Shown one piece after another: positions 1 to 9,150 of a DNA stretch of 64,000 nucleotides. A program made the translations under genes and the position numbers. Origin of the DNA: Pseudomonadota bacterium (GTDB lineage: Bacteria > Pseudomonadota > Alphaproteobacteria > Rhodobacterales > Rhodobacteraceae); the NCBI GenBank assembly GCA_038521825.1, contig JBCBKL010000011.1:13716-77715 (forward strand), given 5' to 3'. Each line of letters starts with the position of its first letter. The stretch's first letter is position 1. The notes below the pieces were generated by a model. That model worked only from the letters and a program-made list of their open reading frames with translations, searched no databases and was not told the origin of the DNA.

Positions 1-1755
1 TTCGGTGGTCCAGCCTTCGTAGGCGTCAACATTCATCACGATCACGGATGTCTTGTCAGCCGCTTTTGCAACCTTGAATGCCTCGGCCAGCTGTTCGGCA
101 TTGTCCGCGTATACCGCGTTCGCGCCCATCGATGCGGCATGGGCCACGAAATCCACCGCAAAGGCGTCTGGTATCGTCGGGGCGTCCGTAAAGAGGTTGT
201 TAAAGCTCTCGTTTCCGGTGTTGTTCTGCAGCTTGTTGATGACGGCGAAACCGCCATTATCGAGTACGAGCACGATCAGTTTTTTCTGCGTCAGAACAGA
301 CGAGTATATGTCGGAGTTCAACAATAGATACGATCCGTCACCGACGAATACGATCGTATCGGCGTCGGGTTCTTTTTCTGATTGAGCTATGCGTGCGCCC
401 CAGCCACCCGCGATCTCATATCCCATGCAGGAAAAGCCAAACTCCACATCGACCGTCCCGATATCGAGCGTGCGCCAATTGGCCGTGACCTCGGCAGGCA
501 GCCCGCCCGCGGCGGTGACGACACGGTCCCGCGCGCTGCACAGATCGTTAACGATGCCAATGGCTTGTGCGTAGGAGTTGGGCCGGTTGCGGGGCTTGGT
601 GTTCTCGGCGACGTAGACATCCCATTTCTTCCGCGCATCTTGGCCAAAGTGCGTCCAGTCGGCGGGCGCTTTGTAGCCCGCCATTTGCGCGCCCAGAGCG
701 GTTAGTCCGAGTTTAGCATCCCCGACCACCGGCAGCGACATATGCTTGGTCGCATCGTGCCGTGCCACGTTGAGCGAGATGAATTTGGCGTCGTTCGCAA
801 AGGCCGTCCAGGAGCCTGTTGTGAAATCCTGCAGGCGCGATCCGACGGACAGGATCACGTCCGCTGTCTCGGCGACGGCATTGGCGCTGTCCGATCCGGT
901 CACTCCTACGGGCCCGATATTGAGCGGATGGTCGTGCAGCAGGTTGGCTCGCCCGGCAATCGTTTCGATGACCGGGATCTGGTGCGCTTCGGCAAAGTCC
1001 GTGAGCTCTATGACTGCCCGCGAATACTGAACCCCGCCCCCCGCGATGATGGCCGGACGTCGGGCTGATTTGAGCAGGGCGGCCGCATCCGCAACCTCGT
1101 CAGGATCGGGTGCAATCCGCCGGATCCGGTGCGTCGTTTCTTCGAAGAACCGGCTTGGATAGTCGTAGGCCCAGCCCTGAACATCCTGGGGCAGGGCGAG
1201 GAATGCGGGGCCACAATCGGCTGGGTCAAGCATCGTGGCGATCGCTGCGGGCAAGGACTGGATCACCTGCGCGGGGTGCGTAATGCGATCCCAATATCGT
1301 GTGACGGCCTGAAACGCATCGTTGAGCCCGAGGGCCGGATTGTTGAAGTGCTCAAGCTGCTGCAACACGGGGTCGGGCAGGCGGGTCAGGAATGTGTCGC
1401 CGCAGAGCATCAGCATCGGCAGCCGATTGGCATGTGCCAGAGCGGACGCCGTCAGAAGGTTCGCGGTGCCCGGCCCGGCCGAGGCGGTGCAGAACATGAA
1501 CCGCTGGCGCAGATGGTACTTGGCATAGGCCGCAGCGGCGAACCCCATGCTCTGCTCGTTCTGGCCACGATAAAGCGGCAGTGTCTCACGATGGTCATAA
1601 AGCGCCTCTCCCAGGCAGGGGACGTTCCCATGCCCGAAAATCCCGAAACCGCCACCACAAAGACGCATGGTGTCGCCTTCGATCTCGATGAATTGCGCGT
1701 TCAGATAGCGAATGATGGCCTGGGCCGTCGTCAGACGGATCGTGCTTTCGCTCAT
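1..1755 (-). CDS. iolD: 3D-(3,5/4)-trihydroxycyclohexane-1,2-dione acylhydrolase (ThDP enzyme, IolD); C-terminal end runs off the window
   Basis: Absent from the ORF track because it is open at the window edge. My reverse-strand translation from ATG 1755 reads MSESTIRLTTAQAIIRYLNAQFIEIEGDTMRLCGGGFGIFGHGNV... without a stop down to base 1 (585 codons). ThDP-binding region GDGSYLLLNSD...LDNGGF. GGAGGAG lies upstream of the ATG. Sits among iol genes. Confidence 0.85.
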   Translation of the reverse strand, partial: MSESTIRLTTAQAIIRYLNAQFIEIEGDTMRLCGGGFGIFGHGNVPCLGEALYDHRETLPLYRGQNEQSMGFAAAAYAKYHLRQRFMFCTASAGPGTANLLTASALAHANRLPMLMLCGDTFLTRLPDPVLQQLEHFNNPALGLNDAFQAVTRYWDRITHPAQVIQSLPAAIATMLDPADCGPAFLALPQDVQGWAYDYPSRFFEETTHRIRRIAPDPDEVADAAALLKSARRPAIIAGGGVQYSRAVIELTDFAEAHQIPVIETIAGRANLLHDHPLNIGPVGVTGSDSANAVAETADVILSVGSRLQDFTTGSWTAFANDAKFISLNVARHDATKHMSLPVVGDAKLGLTALGAQMAGYKAPADWTHFGQDARKKWDVYVAENTKPRNRPNSYAQAIGIVNDLCSARDRVVTAAGGLPAEVTANWRTLDIGTVDVEFGFSCMGYEIAGGWGARIAQSEKEPDADTIVFVGDGSYLLLNSDIYSSVLTQKKLIVLVLDNGGFAVINKLQNNTGNESFNNLFTDAPTIPDAFAVDFVAHAASMGANAVYADNAEQLAEAFKVAKAADKTSVIVMNVDAYEGWTTE

Positions 1756-1840
1756 CGTCCGGTCTCCTCCACCCGGGTGTCTGGCTGGACGGCTGGCTGC
1801 GCTTTGCGCTTGACCGCATCCGGGGTCGAAGATACCAGTG

Positions 1841-1856
1841 TTGCAACCGGTTGCAA
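1841..1856. promoter_or_regulatory. 16-bp perfect palindrome TTGCAACCGGTTGCAA; candidate LacI-family operator in the divergent iolD / dehydrogenase promoter region
   Basis: Read directly. Perfect dyad with the central CG typical of LacI/GalR operators. The 14-bp core TGCAACCGGTTGCA recurs at 6098-6111 beside the LacI-family gene. Confidence 0.6.
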
Positions 1857-1876
1857 TGTCTTTTTGGAAAACGGCC

Positions 1877-2980
1877 ATGCAGGAAATCGGAGTTGGCTTG
1901 GTCGGCGGGGGCTATATGGGAAAGGCCCATGCCGTCGCCTATTCTGCTGTCGGCGCGGTCTTTCAGACGCGGCTCCGGCCTCGTCTTGAAATGATCGCGG
2001 CGGCGTCGCCCGCGTCGGCCGAGCAGTACCGTCAGGCATACGGTGTCGCACGGGCCGCATCCTCGTGGCAGGCCCTGGTCGATGATCCGGCGGTCGAAGC
2101 AGTTGTCATCGCCTCGCCCCAAGCGACCCACCGTGCCATTGCCGAGGCGGCGTTCGCGCTTGGCAAGCCTGTCTTTTGCGAAAAGCCCCTTGGCGCGTCG
2201 TTGGTCGATGCCGAGGCCATGGTCGATGCCGCTGAGACAAGCGGCGCGGTCAACATGATCGGCTTCAACTATGTCCGCACCCCGGCGACGCAATTTGCCC
2301 GCATCCTGATCGAGGACGGCGCGATTGGCGATGTGACGTGGTTCAGGGGCGAACATACCGAGGATTTCTATGCTGACCCTGAAACGCCAGCGAGCTGGCG
2401 TACAGAAGGCGAGGCGAACGGAACGATGGGCGATCTGGCCCCGCACATGATCAACGCCGCGCTGGCCTTGATCGGCCCGATTGGTTCGGTGATGGCGGAT
2501 ATCTCGACCGTCCACGCGATGCGGGGCGGTGAAGCTGTGACCAATGACGACCAGGCCCACATGCTCTGCCGGTTCCAGAGCGGCATCATGGGCCACCTGT
2601 TCTTCAGCCGGATCGCGACCGGGCGCAAGATGGGATACATCTACGAGATCATTGGAACCAAGGGCGCGATCCGCTTCAATCAGGAAGATCAGAATGCGCT
2701 GTGGCTTTACCAATCCGAAGGGCCCGAGGCCGAGCGGGGTTTTCGTCAGATCCTGACCGGCCCCGCCCACCCGGATTATGCCGCGTTCTGTCAGGGGCCG
2801 GGTCACGGGACCGGCTATCAGGATCAGATCATCATCGAAGCGCGCGATTTTCTAGAAGCCATCGCCGATGGCCAGAGCCGGTGGCCTACGTTCCGCGATG
2901 GCCTGGCTGTGTCGCGCGTGATCGATGCGGCCCGGAAATCAAGTGCCGAAAGCCAATGGCAAAGTGTTCAGTCTGCGTGA
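1877..2980 (+). CDS. Gfo/Idh/MocA family oxidoreductase (inositol 2-dehydrogenase-like)
   Basis: Track ORF is 1838-2980. ATG 1877 gives MQEIGVGLVGGGYMGKAH (Rossmann N-terminus). FCEKPLG motif. iol neighbourhood. Confidence 0.8.
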   Translation: MQEIGVGLVGGGYMGKAHAVAYSAVGAVFQTRLRPRLEMIAAASPASAEQYRQAYGVARAASSWQALVDDPAVEAVVIASPQATHRAIAEAAFALGKPVFCEKPLGASLVDAEAMVDAAETSGAVNMIGFNYVRTPATQFARILIEDGAIGDVTWFRGEHTEDFYADPETPASWRTEGEANGTMGDLAPHMINAALALIGPIGSVMADISTVHAMRGGEAVTNDDQAHMLCRFQSGIMGHLFFSRIATGRKMGYIYEIIGTKGAIRFNQEDQNALWLYQSEGPEAERGFRQILTGPAHPDYAAFCQGPGHGTGYQDQIIIEARDFLEAIADGQSRWPTFRDGLAVSRVIDAARKSSAESQWQSVQSA

Positions 2981-2992
2981 AGGAGCCGATGC

Positions 2993-3889
2993 GTGACCAT
3001 CAGAATTGGCAATGCGCCCTGTTCGTGGGGTGTGGAGTTTGCGGATGATCCGCGCAATCCCGGCTGGCGGGATGTTCTGCACGAAAACGCCCAGGCCGGT
3101 TACAAGGGGATCGAGCTTGGGCCTGTTGGTTTCATGCCCGAGGATCCGCCGCAGGTCGCCGATGCGCTGGCCGAGCACGACCTGGAGCTGATTGGCGGGG
3201 TCGTTTTCCGCGCTTTTCACGATCCGGGTCAGTGGGAGGACGTGCTGGACGGATCTGTACGGACTTGCGAGGCGCTGGTGGCCCATGGGGCCAAACACTT
3301 GGTCTTGATCGATTCAATCTCGGAACGGCGCGCGCCGACCGCGGGGCGTTGGAGCGCGGCCGAGCAGATGGATCTCGACGAATGGTCGGCGTTCCGCGAC
3401 CGCATCGCACATGTGGCGCGGATGGGCAGTGAAGAATACGGCCTGACCGTCGGCATTCACGCCCATGCTGCCGGGTTCATGGATTTCGAGCCCGAACTCA
3501 TCCGCCTGCTCGACGAGGTGGACGATGCGATCCTCAAGATCTGCTTTGACACCGGGCATCATTCCTATGCTGGGTACAATCCCGTTTCGTTTATGGAACG
3601 CCACATCGACCGCATCAGTTATATGCATTTCAAGGACATCGATCCCGCAGTCAAAGCCGACGTGATCGCAAAGGGGACCGGGTTCTATGATGCGTGCGGT
3701 CAGGGCATCTTTTGTAATCTGGGCGACGGCGATGTCGATTTTCCGCGTGTCAGGGAGATCCTGATCGAGAACGGTTTCGATGGCTGGTGCACGGTCGAGC
3801 AAGACTGTGACCCGACCATCGAGGGCACCGACCCTCTCGGCGACGCAAAGGTCAACCGCAGCTACCTGCAATCTATCGGATTTCACTGA
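2993..3889 (+). CDS. Xylose-isomerase-like TIM-barrel sugar phosphate isomerase/epimerase (IolE/IolI-like)
   Basis: GTG start, MTIRIGNAPCSWGVEF.... TIM-barrel AP-endonuclease-2 type pattern (..GIHAHAAGFMDFEPE.., CFDTGHH). Located between two inositol-type dehydrogenase genes. Confidence 0.75.
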   Translation: MTIRIGNAPCSWGVEFADDPRNPGWRDVLHENAQAGYKGIELGPVGFMPEDPPQVADALAEHDLELIGGVVFRAFHDPGQWEDVLDGSVRTCEALVAHGAKHLVLIDSISERRAPTAGRWSAAEQMDLDEWSAFRDRIAHVARMGSEEYGLTVGIHAHAAGFMDFEPELIRLLDEVDDAILKICFDTGHHSYAGYNPVSFMERHIDRISYMHFKDIDPAVKADVIAKGTGFYDACGQGIFCNLGDGDVDFPRVREILIENGFDGWCTVEQDCDPTIEGTDPLGDAKVNRSYLQSIGFH

Positions 3890-3902
3890 CCGGGGACGGG
3901 CC

Positions 3903-5036
3903 ATGAATAAATTGAACTGGGGCATGATCGGCGGCGGTGAGGGCAGCCAGATCGGGCCGGCGCACCGTCTAGGCGCGCAAGCCGATGGCCATTTTTCCTT
4001 TGTTGCCGGGGCGTTGGATGCCGATCCGGTCAAGGGCAGCGCATACGCCCAGTCCCTGGGCGTACCTGCCGATCGGGCCTATGGCAGTTGGCAGGCGATG
4101 CTGGAGGCCGAGGCCAATCGCCCCGACCGGATCGATCTGGTGACGGTCGCCACGCCGAACAGCACCCATTACGAGATCACCAAGGCGTTCCTCGAGGCCG
4201 GTTTTCACGTGCTGTGCGAAAAGCCTATGACCATGACCGTTGAGGAAGGCGAAGATATCGTTCGCACGGCGGCGGCCAGCGGCAAGACCTGCGCGGTCAA
4301 CTATTGCTACAGCGCCTATCCGATGGTGCGGCAGATGCGGGCGATGGTTGCGTCGGACCAGTTGGGCGCGATCCGATGTGTCGTCGCCAATTTCAGCCAT
4401 GGACACCATGCCGCCGGGGATGATGCCGAGAACGCGCGGGTTCGCTGGCGATACGACCCCGCCCAAGCCGGTATTTCCGGCCAGATGGCTGATTGCGGGA
4501 TCCATGCGCTGCATCTGGCCAGCTTCGTTCTTGGGGACGAGGTGGAGACCCTGTCGGCGGACTTCGCCTCGACCGTTCAGGGGCGCGTGCTGGAAGACGA
4601 CGCGATGGTCAACTTCCGAACAGGGAAGGGTACGGTCGGGCGGCTCTGGACATCGACGATCGCGTTGGGGCGGCAGCATGGTCTGGACATTCAGGTGTTC
4701 GGCGAACGCGGCGGGCTGCGCTGGGCATCCGAGCAGCCGAACCAGGTTTTCTTGAATCGTTTGGGTGGTCGGGTCGAGATTATGGAAAAAGGTGAGGCTG
4801 GCCTGTTTGACGATGCCGCCCGCCTGTCCCGGGTCGCGATCGCCCATCCCGAAGGCTTTCCGCTGGCCGTGGCGAATATCTATACAGATCTCGCCGCGCA
4901 GATTCGGGGGGACGCGCGCACGGGCCTACCGACAGCAGAAGACGGTTTGCGGTCTATGGCGGCGATCTATGCCGCCGTTTCCTCGGCCAAGGACAACGGG
5001 GCCTGGGTCGATGCCCGCCCGCCAATGTACCGTTAG
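3903..5036 (+). CDS. Gfo/Idh/MocA family oxidoreductase
   Basis: Track ORF is 3780-5036. ATG 3903 gives MNKLNWGMIGGGEGSQIGPAHR (Rossmann). LCEKPM motif. Confidence 0.8.
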   Translation: MNKLNWGMIGGGEGSQIGPAHRLGAQADGHFSFVAGALDADPVKGSAYAQSLGVPADRAYGSWQAMLEAEANRPDRIDLVTVATPNSTHYEITKAFLEAGFHVLCEKPMTMTVEEGEDIVRTAAASGKTCAVNYCYSAYPMVRQMRAMVASDQLGAIRCVVANFSHGHHAAGDDAENARVRWRYDPAQAGISGQMADCGIHALHLASFVLGDEVETLSADFASTVQGRVLEDDAMVNFRTGKGTVGRLWTSTIALGRQHGLDIQVFGERGGLRWASEQPNQVFLNRLGGRVEIMEKGEAGLFDDAARLSRVAIAHPEGFPLAVANIYTDLAAQIRGDARTGLPTAEDGLRSMAAIYAAVSSAKDNGAWVDARPPMYR

Positions 5037-5039
5037 ACG

Positions 5040-6035
5040 TCAGCGCGGCCGCAACGTGCCACGCTCGATCACCTCGCAGGAAAACAGGCGCGCCTCGGGA
5101 TAGCGATCAGGGTCGTCCAGCATGGCGACGACAAGTTCGATTGAGCTGTCGATAATCTGCCGGATTGGCTGGCGGATGGTGGTCAGGTTGATGTTTTCCC
5201 ACCGGGCCATCTCCATGTCGTTCAGTCCGATGATCCCGATATTATCCGGCACGCACAGCCCTTTGCTTTGGATCGCGCTCAGCGCCCCGACCGACAGAAC
5301 GTCATCACCGCAAAAATATGCTTCTGCCGGATTGGCTTCGAGCAGTTGCAGCATCTCGGCCCGGCCTGCATCGAAGGAATAGGCGGTGGCAAAGCTCTCA
5401 CTGGTTTCGATGCCGTCGGTGGCGTTGAGAACCTCAAAGAACCCCAAACGCCGGTCTATGGTCGAGGTTGCCTCTTTCGGCCCTCCCAGAAAAGCGATTC
5501 TGCGATAGCCCCGCGACAAGAGGGTGCGTGCGGCCATGCGCCCGCATTCGACGTTGTCGATGCCGACCACATGGACGCTGGGCGCACTGGCGAACCGGCC
5601 GAAGGAATGGACGACGGGAACGCGGGCGTCCCGGAAGGCCTTGGCGAATTCAGGCGACAGGGTGGACGAGGCCACGATGACGCCGTCGACCGAATACTGC
5701 CGCAGTAACCGGACTGAATTCGCCGGGTTGGTTTCGTCGGTAAGATTAACGAGCAGTGGGCGCAGGCCACGATCCTGCAGGCTGCGGGTGAAGAGGTCGA
5801 ACACTTCGAGAAAGAGCGGGTTGTGAAAGTTGTTCGAAATCAGCCCGATGAGCTTGGTCCGCCCGGTTGTCAGCGACGATGCCAGCGCATTCGGGTGATA
5901 GCCCAGCTCTTGCGCTGCCTTTTCGACCTTGCGGCGGGTCTTGAGCGATACCGATGCGCCTTCGGTGAATGTGCGTGAGACCGCGGATCGCGAAACGCCG
6001 GCCTTTTCTGCAACCTCTTTCAGTGTCACTGGCAT
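5040..6035 (-). CDS. LacI family transcriptional regulator (probable inositol-cluster repressor)
   Basis: N-terminal HTH MPVTLKEVAEKAGVSRSAVSRTF plus a sugar-binding fold. Divergent from the ABC importer, with a palindromic operator in the spacer. Confidence 0.9.
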   Translation of the reverse strand: MPVTLKEVAEKAGVSRSAVSRTFTEGASVSLKTRRKVEKAAQELGYHPNALASSLTTGRTKLIGLISNNFHNPLFLEVFDLFTRSLQDRGLRPLLVNLTDETNPANSVRLLRQYSVDGVIVASSTLSPEFAKAFRDARVPVVHSFGRFASAPSVHVVGIDNVECGRMAARTLLSRGYRRIAFLGGPKEATSTIDRRLGFFEVLNATDGIETSESFATAYSFDAGRAEMLQLLEANPAEAYFCGDDVLSVGALSAIQSKGLCVPDNIGIIGLNDMEMARWENINLTTIRQPIRQIIDSSIELVVAMLDDPDRYPEARLFSCEVIERGTLRPR

Positions 6036-6097
6036 GAAACAATCCCTTGATCGTCAGAAAAGCTAAGGCCGTGGCCGTCAAATGTGAACCGCCTTTT

Positions 6098-6111
6098 TGC
6101 AACCGGTTGCA
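6098..6111. promoter_or_regulatory. 14-bp perfect palindrome TGCAACCGGTTGCA; second copy of the candidate LacI-type operator
   Basis: Read directly. 63 nt upstream of the LacI-family ATG (6035) and 89 nt upstream of the binding-protein ATG (6200). Same core as 1841-1856. Confidence 0.6.
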
Positions 6112-6199
6112 TTTGAGCGGGGCTTATGCTTTCCTCGCGGATAAGAGGCGGGTTTACCGTCCGGACAACGAGATCTTGGGACATTTTTGGGAGGAACCA

Positions 6200-7147
6200 A
6201 TGAAAAGCATCCTGAAGTCGGTGGCTTTGGGCGCCGCATTGCTGGCAGCGCCGTTGTCGGCCCAGGCGGCCGGGCACGAGTCGCTGAACTATGTGCTCGT
6301 CAGCCACGCACCAGACAGCGACAGCTGGTGGAACACCATCAAAAACGGCATTGCGCTCGCTGGAGAGCAGATGGGCGTCGAGGTCGAATACCGCAACCCG
6401 CCGACAGGCGACCTTGCCGACATGGCACGGATCATCGAACAGGCGGCCGCGAGTGGCCCGAACGGCATCATCACAACACTGGCTGACCCCGACGTTTTGT
6501 CAGGACCGATCAAGGCCGCTGTCGATAGTGGTGTTGACGTCATCATCATGAACTCGGGTACGCCTGATCAGGCCCGCGAGGTCGGCGCGCTGATGTATGT
6601 TGGCCAGCCGGAATATGACGCCGGTTATGCCGCCGGTGTACGCGCCAAGGGCGACGGCGTTGGTTCGTTTCTGTGTGTGAACCACTACATCAACTCGCCC
6701 TCATCGACACAGCGCTGCCAAGGCTTTGCGGACGGTCTGGGTGTGGATCTGGGCAACCAGATGATCGATGCGGGACAGGACCCGGCCGAGATCAAGAACC
6801 GTGTTCTGGCCTATCTCAACACGAACCCGAGCACCGAAGCGGTGCTCACGCTTGGGCCTACATCGGCCGATCCGACCATTCTTGCGCTGCAGGAAAACGG
6901 GATGGCCGGGGACATCTATTTCGGCACTTTCGATCTGGGTGAAAACATCGTTCAGGGCATCAAGGACGGCGTGATCAACTGGGGCATCGACCAACAGCCG
7001 TTCCTGCAGGCTTATCTGCCCGTCGTGGTTCTGACCAACTATCACCGCTATGGGGTGCTACCGGGCAACAACATCAACTCGGGCCCGGGCTTTGTCACTG
7101 CGGATGGTCTTGAAAAGGTTGAAGAGTTCGCGGGCGAATACCGCTAA
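6200..7147 (+). CDS. Sugar (inositol-type) ABC transporter substrate-binding protein
   Basis: Track ORF is 6047-7147. ATG 6200 is preceded by GGGAGGA and gives the signal peptide MKSILKSVALGAALLAAPLSAQA. Periplasmic-binding-protein type-1 pattern. Confidence 0.85.
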   Translation: MKSILKSVALGAALLAAPLSAQAAGHESLNYVLVSHAPDSDSWWNTIKNGIALAGEQMGVEVEYRNPPTGDLADMARIIEQAAASGPNGIITTLADPDVLSGPIKAAVDSGVDVIIMNSGTPDQAREVGALMYVGQPEYDAGYAAGVRAKGDGVGSFLCVNHYINSPSSTQRCQGFADGLGVDLGNQMIDAGQDPAEIKNRVLAYLNTNPSTEAVLTLGPTSADPTILALQENGMAGDIYFGTFDLGENIVQGIKDGVINWGIDQQPFLQAYLPVVVLTNYHRYGVLPGNNINSGPGFVTADGLEKVEEFAGEYR

Positions 7148-7160
7148 GACACCACCGGTT

Positions 7161-7187
7161 GGCGCGGGCAGAATTGCGGCCCGCGCC
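7161..7187 (+). other. Intercistronic GC-rich stem-loop after the binding-protein gene
   Basis: GGCGCGGGC (7161-7169) pairs with GCCCGCGCC (7179-7187), a 9-bp stem. Position is typical of mRNA-stabilising or attenuating hairpins after SBP genes. Confidence 0.45.
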
Positions 7188-7235
7188 CCCGACACCCTTT
7201 CCGAATTCTCATAGTCAGAGACCGGAGCATATTCC

Positions 7236-8354
7236 ATGACACATGCGGCTTCTTCGGCCAACGACGAGCGCGTCAAGGAACAGTCGCGCCTGCGCAAGGC
7301 CCTGATCCGCCCTGAGCTGGGTGGCATCTGCGGCACAATCATCGTCTTTGTCCTATTCGGCATCTTCGCCTCCGACAGCGGGATGTTTTCCAGCCAGGGC
7401 GTCCTGAACTGGAGTCAGGTTTCGGCCCAGTTCATGATTATCGCGGTCGGTGCATGCCTGTTGATGATCGCTGGTGAGTTCGATTTGAGCGTCGGCTCGA
7501 TGATTGGGTTCACTGGCATTCTTATCGCCATATTCACCGTCACTCTCAACTGGCCGGTCTGGATGGCCATTATCGTGACGTTCCTGATCGCCCTTGGCAT
7601 CGGTGCGCTGAACGGGTTCATCGTGGTCCGCACTGGCCTGCCCAGTTTCATCGTGACCCTCGCATTCCTCTTCATCCTGCGCGGGTTTGCAATCTACCTG
7701 CCGCAGGTCATCGAGCGGAAAACCATCATCGGCGGTATCGATGCCGCGGCCGAGGGTGATTGGCTGGCGCCGCTCTTTGGCGGGAAGATCATGACCGGAT
7801 TGTTCAGTTGGCTGGGCGATCAGGGGCTGATTGCCGTTTTCGAGCGTGGCACCCGCGCCGGTCAGCCGGTCGTGGATGGTATTCCGATGCTGATCGTCTG
7901 GGCCCTTGCGCTCGTTGTCTTTGGCCACATTCTGCTGACGCGAACGCAGTTCGGTAACTGGATATACGCATCGGGCGGCGATGCCGAGGCGGCCCGCAAT
8001 TCGGGTGTGCCGGTCAACCGCGTCAAGGTCCTGATGTTCATGTTCACGGCCTTCTGCGCCACCGTTTTTGCCACCTGCCAGGTCATGGAGTTCGGCGGGG
8101 CCGGGTCCGACCGGGGCCTGCTCAAGGAGTTCGAGGCGATCATCGCGGTGGTCATCGGCGGCGCGCTTTTGACCGGAGGCTACGGATCGGTCATTGGTGC
8201 GGCTCTTGGGGCATTGATCTTTGGGGTCGTGCAGCAGGGCCTGTTCTTTGCGGGGGTAGAAAACTCGCTCTTCCGCGTGTTCCTTGGTCTCATCCTGCTC
8301 GCCGCCGTGATCCTGAACACCTATATCCGCCGGATCATCACGGGAGAGCGGTGA
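7236..8354 (+). CDS. Sugar ABC transporter permease (ribose/fructose-type)
   Basis: 372 aa with many hydrophobic helices. Lies between the SBP and ATPase genes. Confidence 0.85.
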   Translation: MTHAASSANDERVKEQSRLRKALIRPELGGICGTIIVFVLFGIFASDSGMFSSQGVLNWSQVSAQFMIIAVGACLLMIAGEFDLSVGSMIGFTGILIAIFTVTLNWPVWMAIIVTFLIALGIGALNGFIVVRTGLPSFIVTLAFLFILRGFAIYLPQVIERKTIIGGIDAAAEGDWLAPLFGGKIMTGLFSWLGDQGLIAVFERGTRAGQPVVDGIPMLIVWALALVVFGHILLTRTQFGNWIYASGGDAEAARNSGVPVNRVKVLMFMFTAFCATVFATCQVMEFGGAGSDRGLLKEFEAIIAVVIGGALLTGGYGSVIGAALGALIFGVVQQGLFFAGVENSLFRVFLGLILLAAVILNTYIRRIITGER

Positions 8355-8355
8355 C

Positions 8356-9150
8356 ATGAACACGCGATCCGAACACGCCCCCATTATCGAAATGCGCGGC
8401 ATCGAAAAGCATTTTGGCAGCGTCATCGCGCTGGCCGGTGTTTCGGTCGACGTGTATCCGGGCGAATGTCACTGTCTGCTTGGCGACAACGGGGCGGGTA
8501 AATCGACCTTCATCAAGACGATGTCCGGCGTCCATCAGCCCACGGCGGGTGAGATCGTCTTTGAGGGCGAGCCGATGCATTTCGACGATCCCCGCGGCGC
8601 GATGGAGGCCGGCATTGCGACGGTTCACCAGCATCTTGCCATGATCCCGATGATGTCGGTCACCCGGAATTTCTTCATGGGCAATGAACCCGTCAAAAAA
8701 GTCGCCGGGATCCCGTTCTTCGATCGCGAATTTGCCGACCGCGTCACGATGCAGGAAATGGGCAAGATGGGCATCAATCTGCGCGGCCCCGATCAGGCGG
8801 TCGGCACGCTGTCGGGTGGTGAGCGGCAGACCGTGGCGATATCCCGGGCCGTCTATTTTGGGGCCAAGGTTCTGATCTTGGACGAGCCGACATCGGCGCT
8901 GGGTGTGCGGCAAACCTCGAATGTGCTGGCCACGATCGACAAGGTGCGCAAGCAAGGTGTCGCGGTTGTTTTCATCACCCACAACGTGCGGCACGCGCTG
9001 GCGGTCGGTGACCGTTTCACCGTACTGAACCGGGGCAAAACGCTGGGCACAGCACAACGCGGTCAGATCACACCGGACGAGCTGCAGGATATGATGGCGG
9101 GCGGGCAGGAGCTTGCCCAGCTCGACGATGCCTTGGGCGGCACTGTATGA
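8356..9150 (+). CDS. Sugar ABC transporter ATP-binding protein (single-domain, FrcA-like)
   Basis: Walker A GDNGAGKST, signature LSGGERQ, Walker B LILDEPTS. Confidence 0.9.
   Translation: MNTRSEHAPIIEMRGIEKHFGSVIALAGVSVDVYPGECHCLLGDNGAGKSTFIKTMSGVHQPTAGEIVFEGEPMHFDDPRGAMEAGIATVHQHLAMIPMMSVTRNFFMGNEPVKKVAGIPFFDREFADRVTMQEMGKMGINLRGPDQAVGTLSGGERQTVAISRAVYFGAKVLILDEPTSALGVRQTSNVLATIDKVRKQGVAVVFITHNVRHALAVGDRFTVLNRGKTLGTAQRGQITPDELQDMMAGGQELAQLDDALGGTV

Noticed and set aside
1595-2806. 403-aa ORF on the minus strand
   Set aside because: The translation is Arg/Gly/Asp/His-rich and low-complexity. It is antisense to the well-supported Gfo/Idh/MocA gene and overlaps the iolD start. A typical high-GC shadow ORF.
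7353-8426. 357-aa minus-strand ORF
   Set aside because: Antisense to the ABC permease gene. Asp/Glu/Arg/His-rich composition with no hydrophobic core. A shadow ORF.
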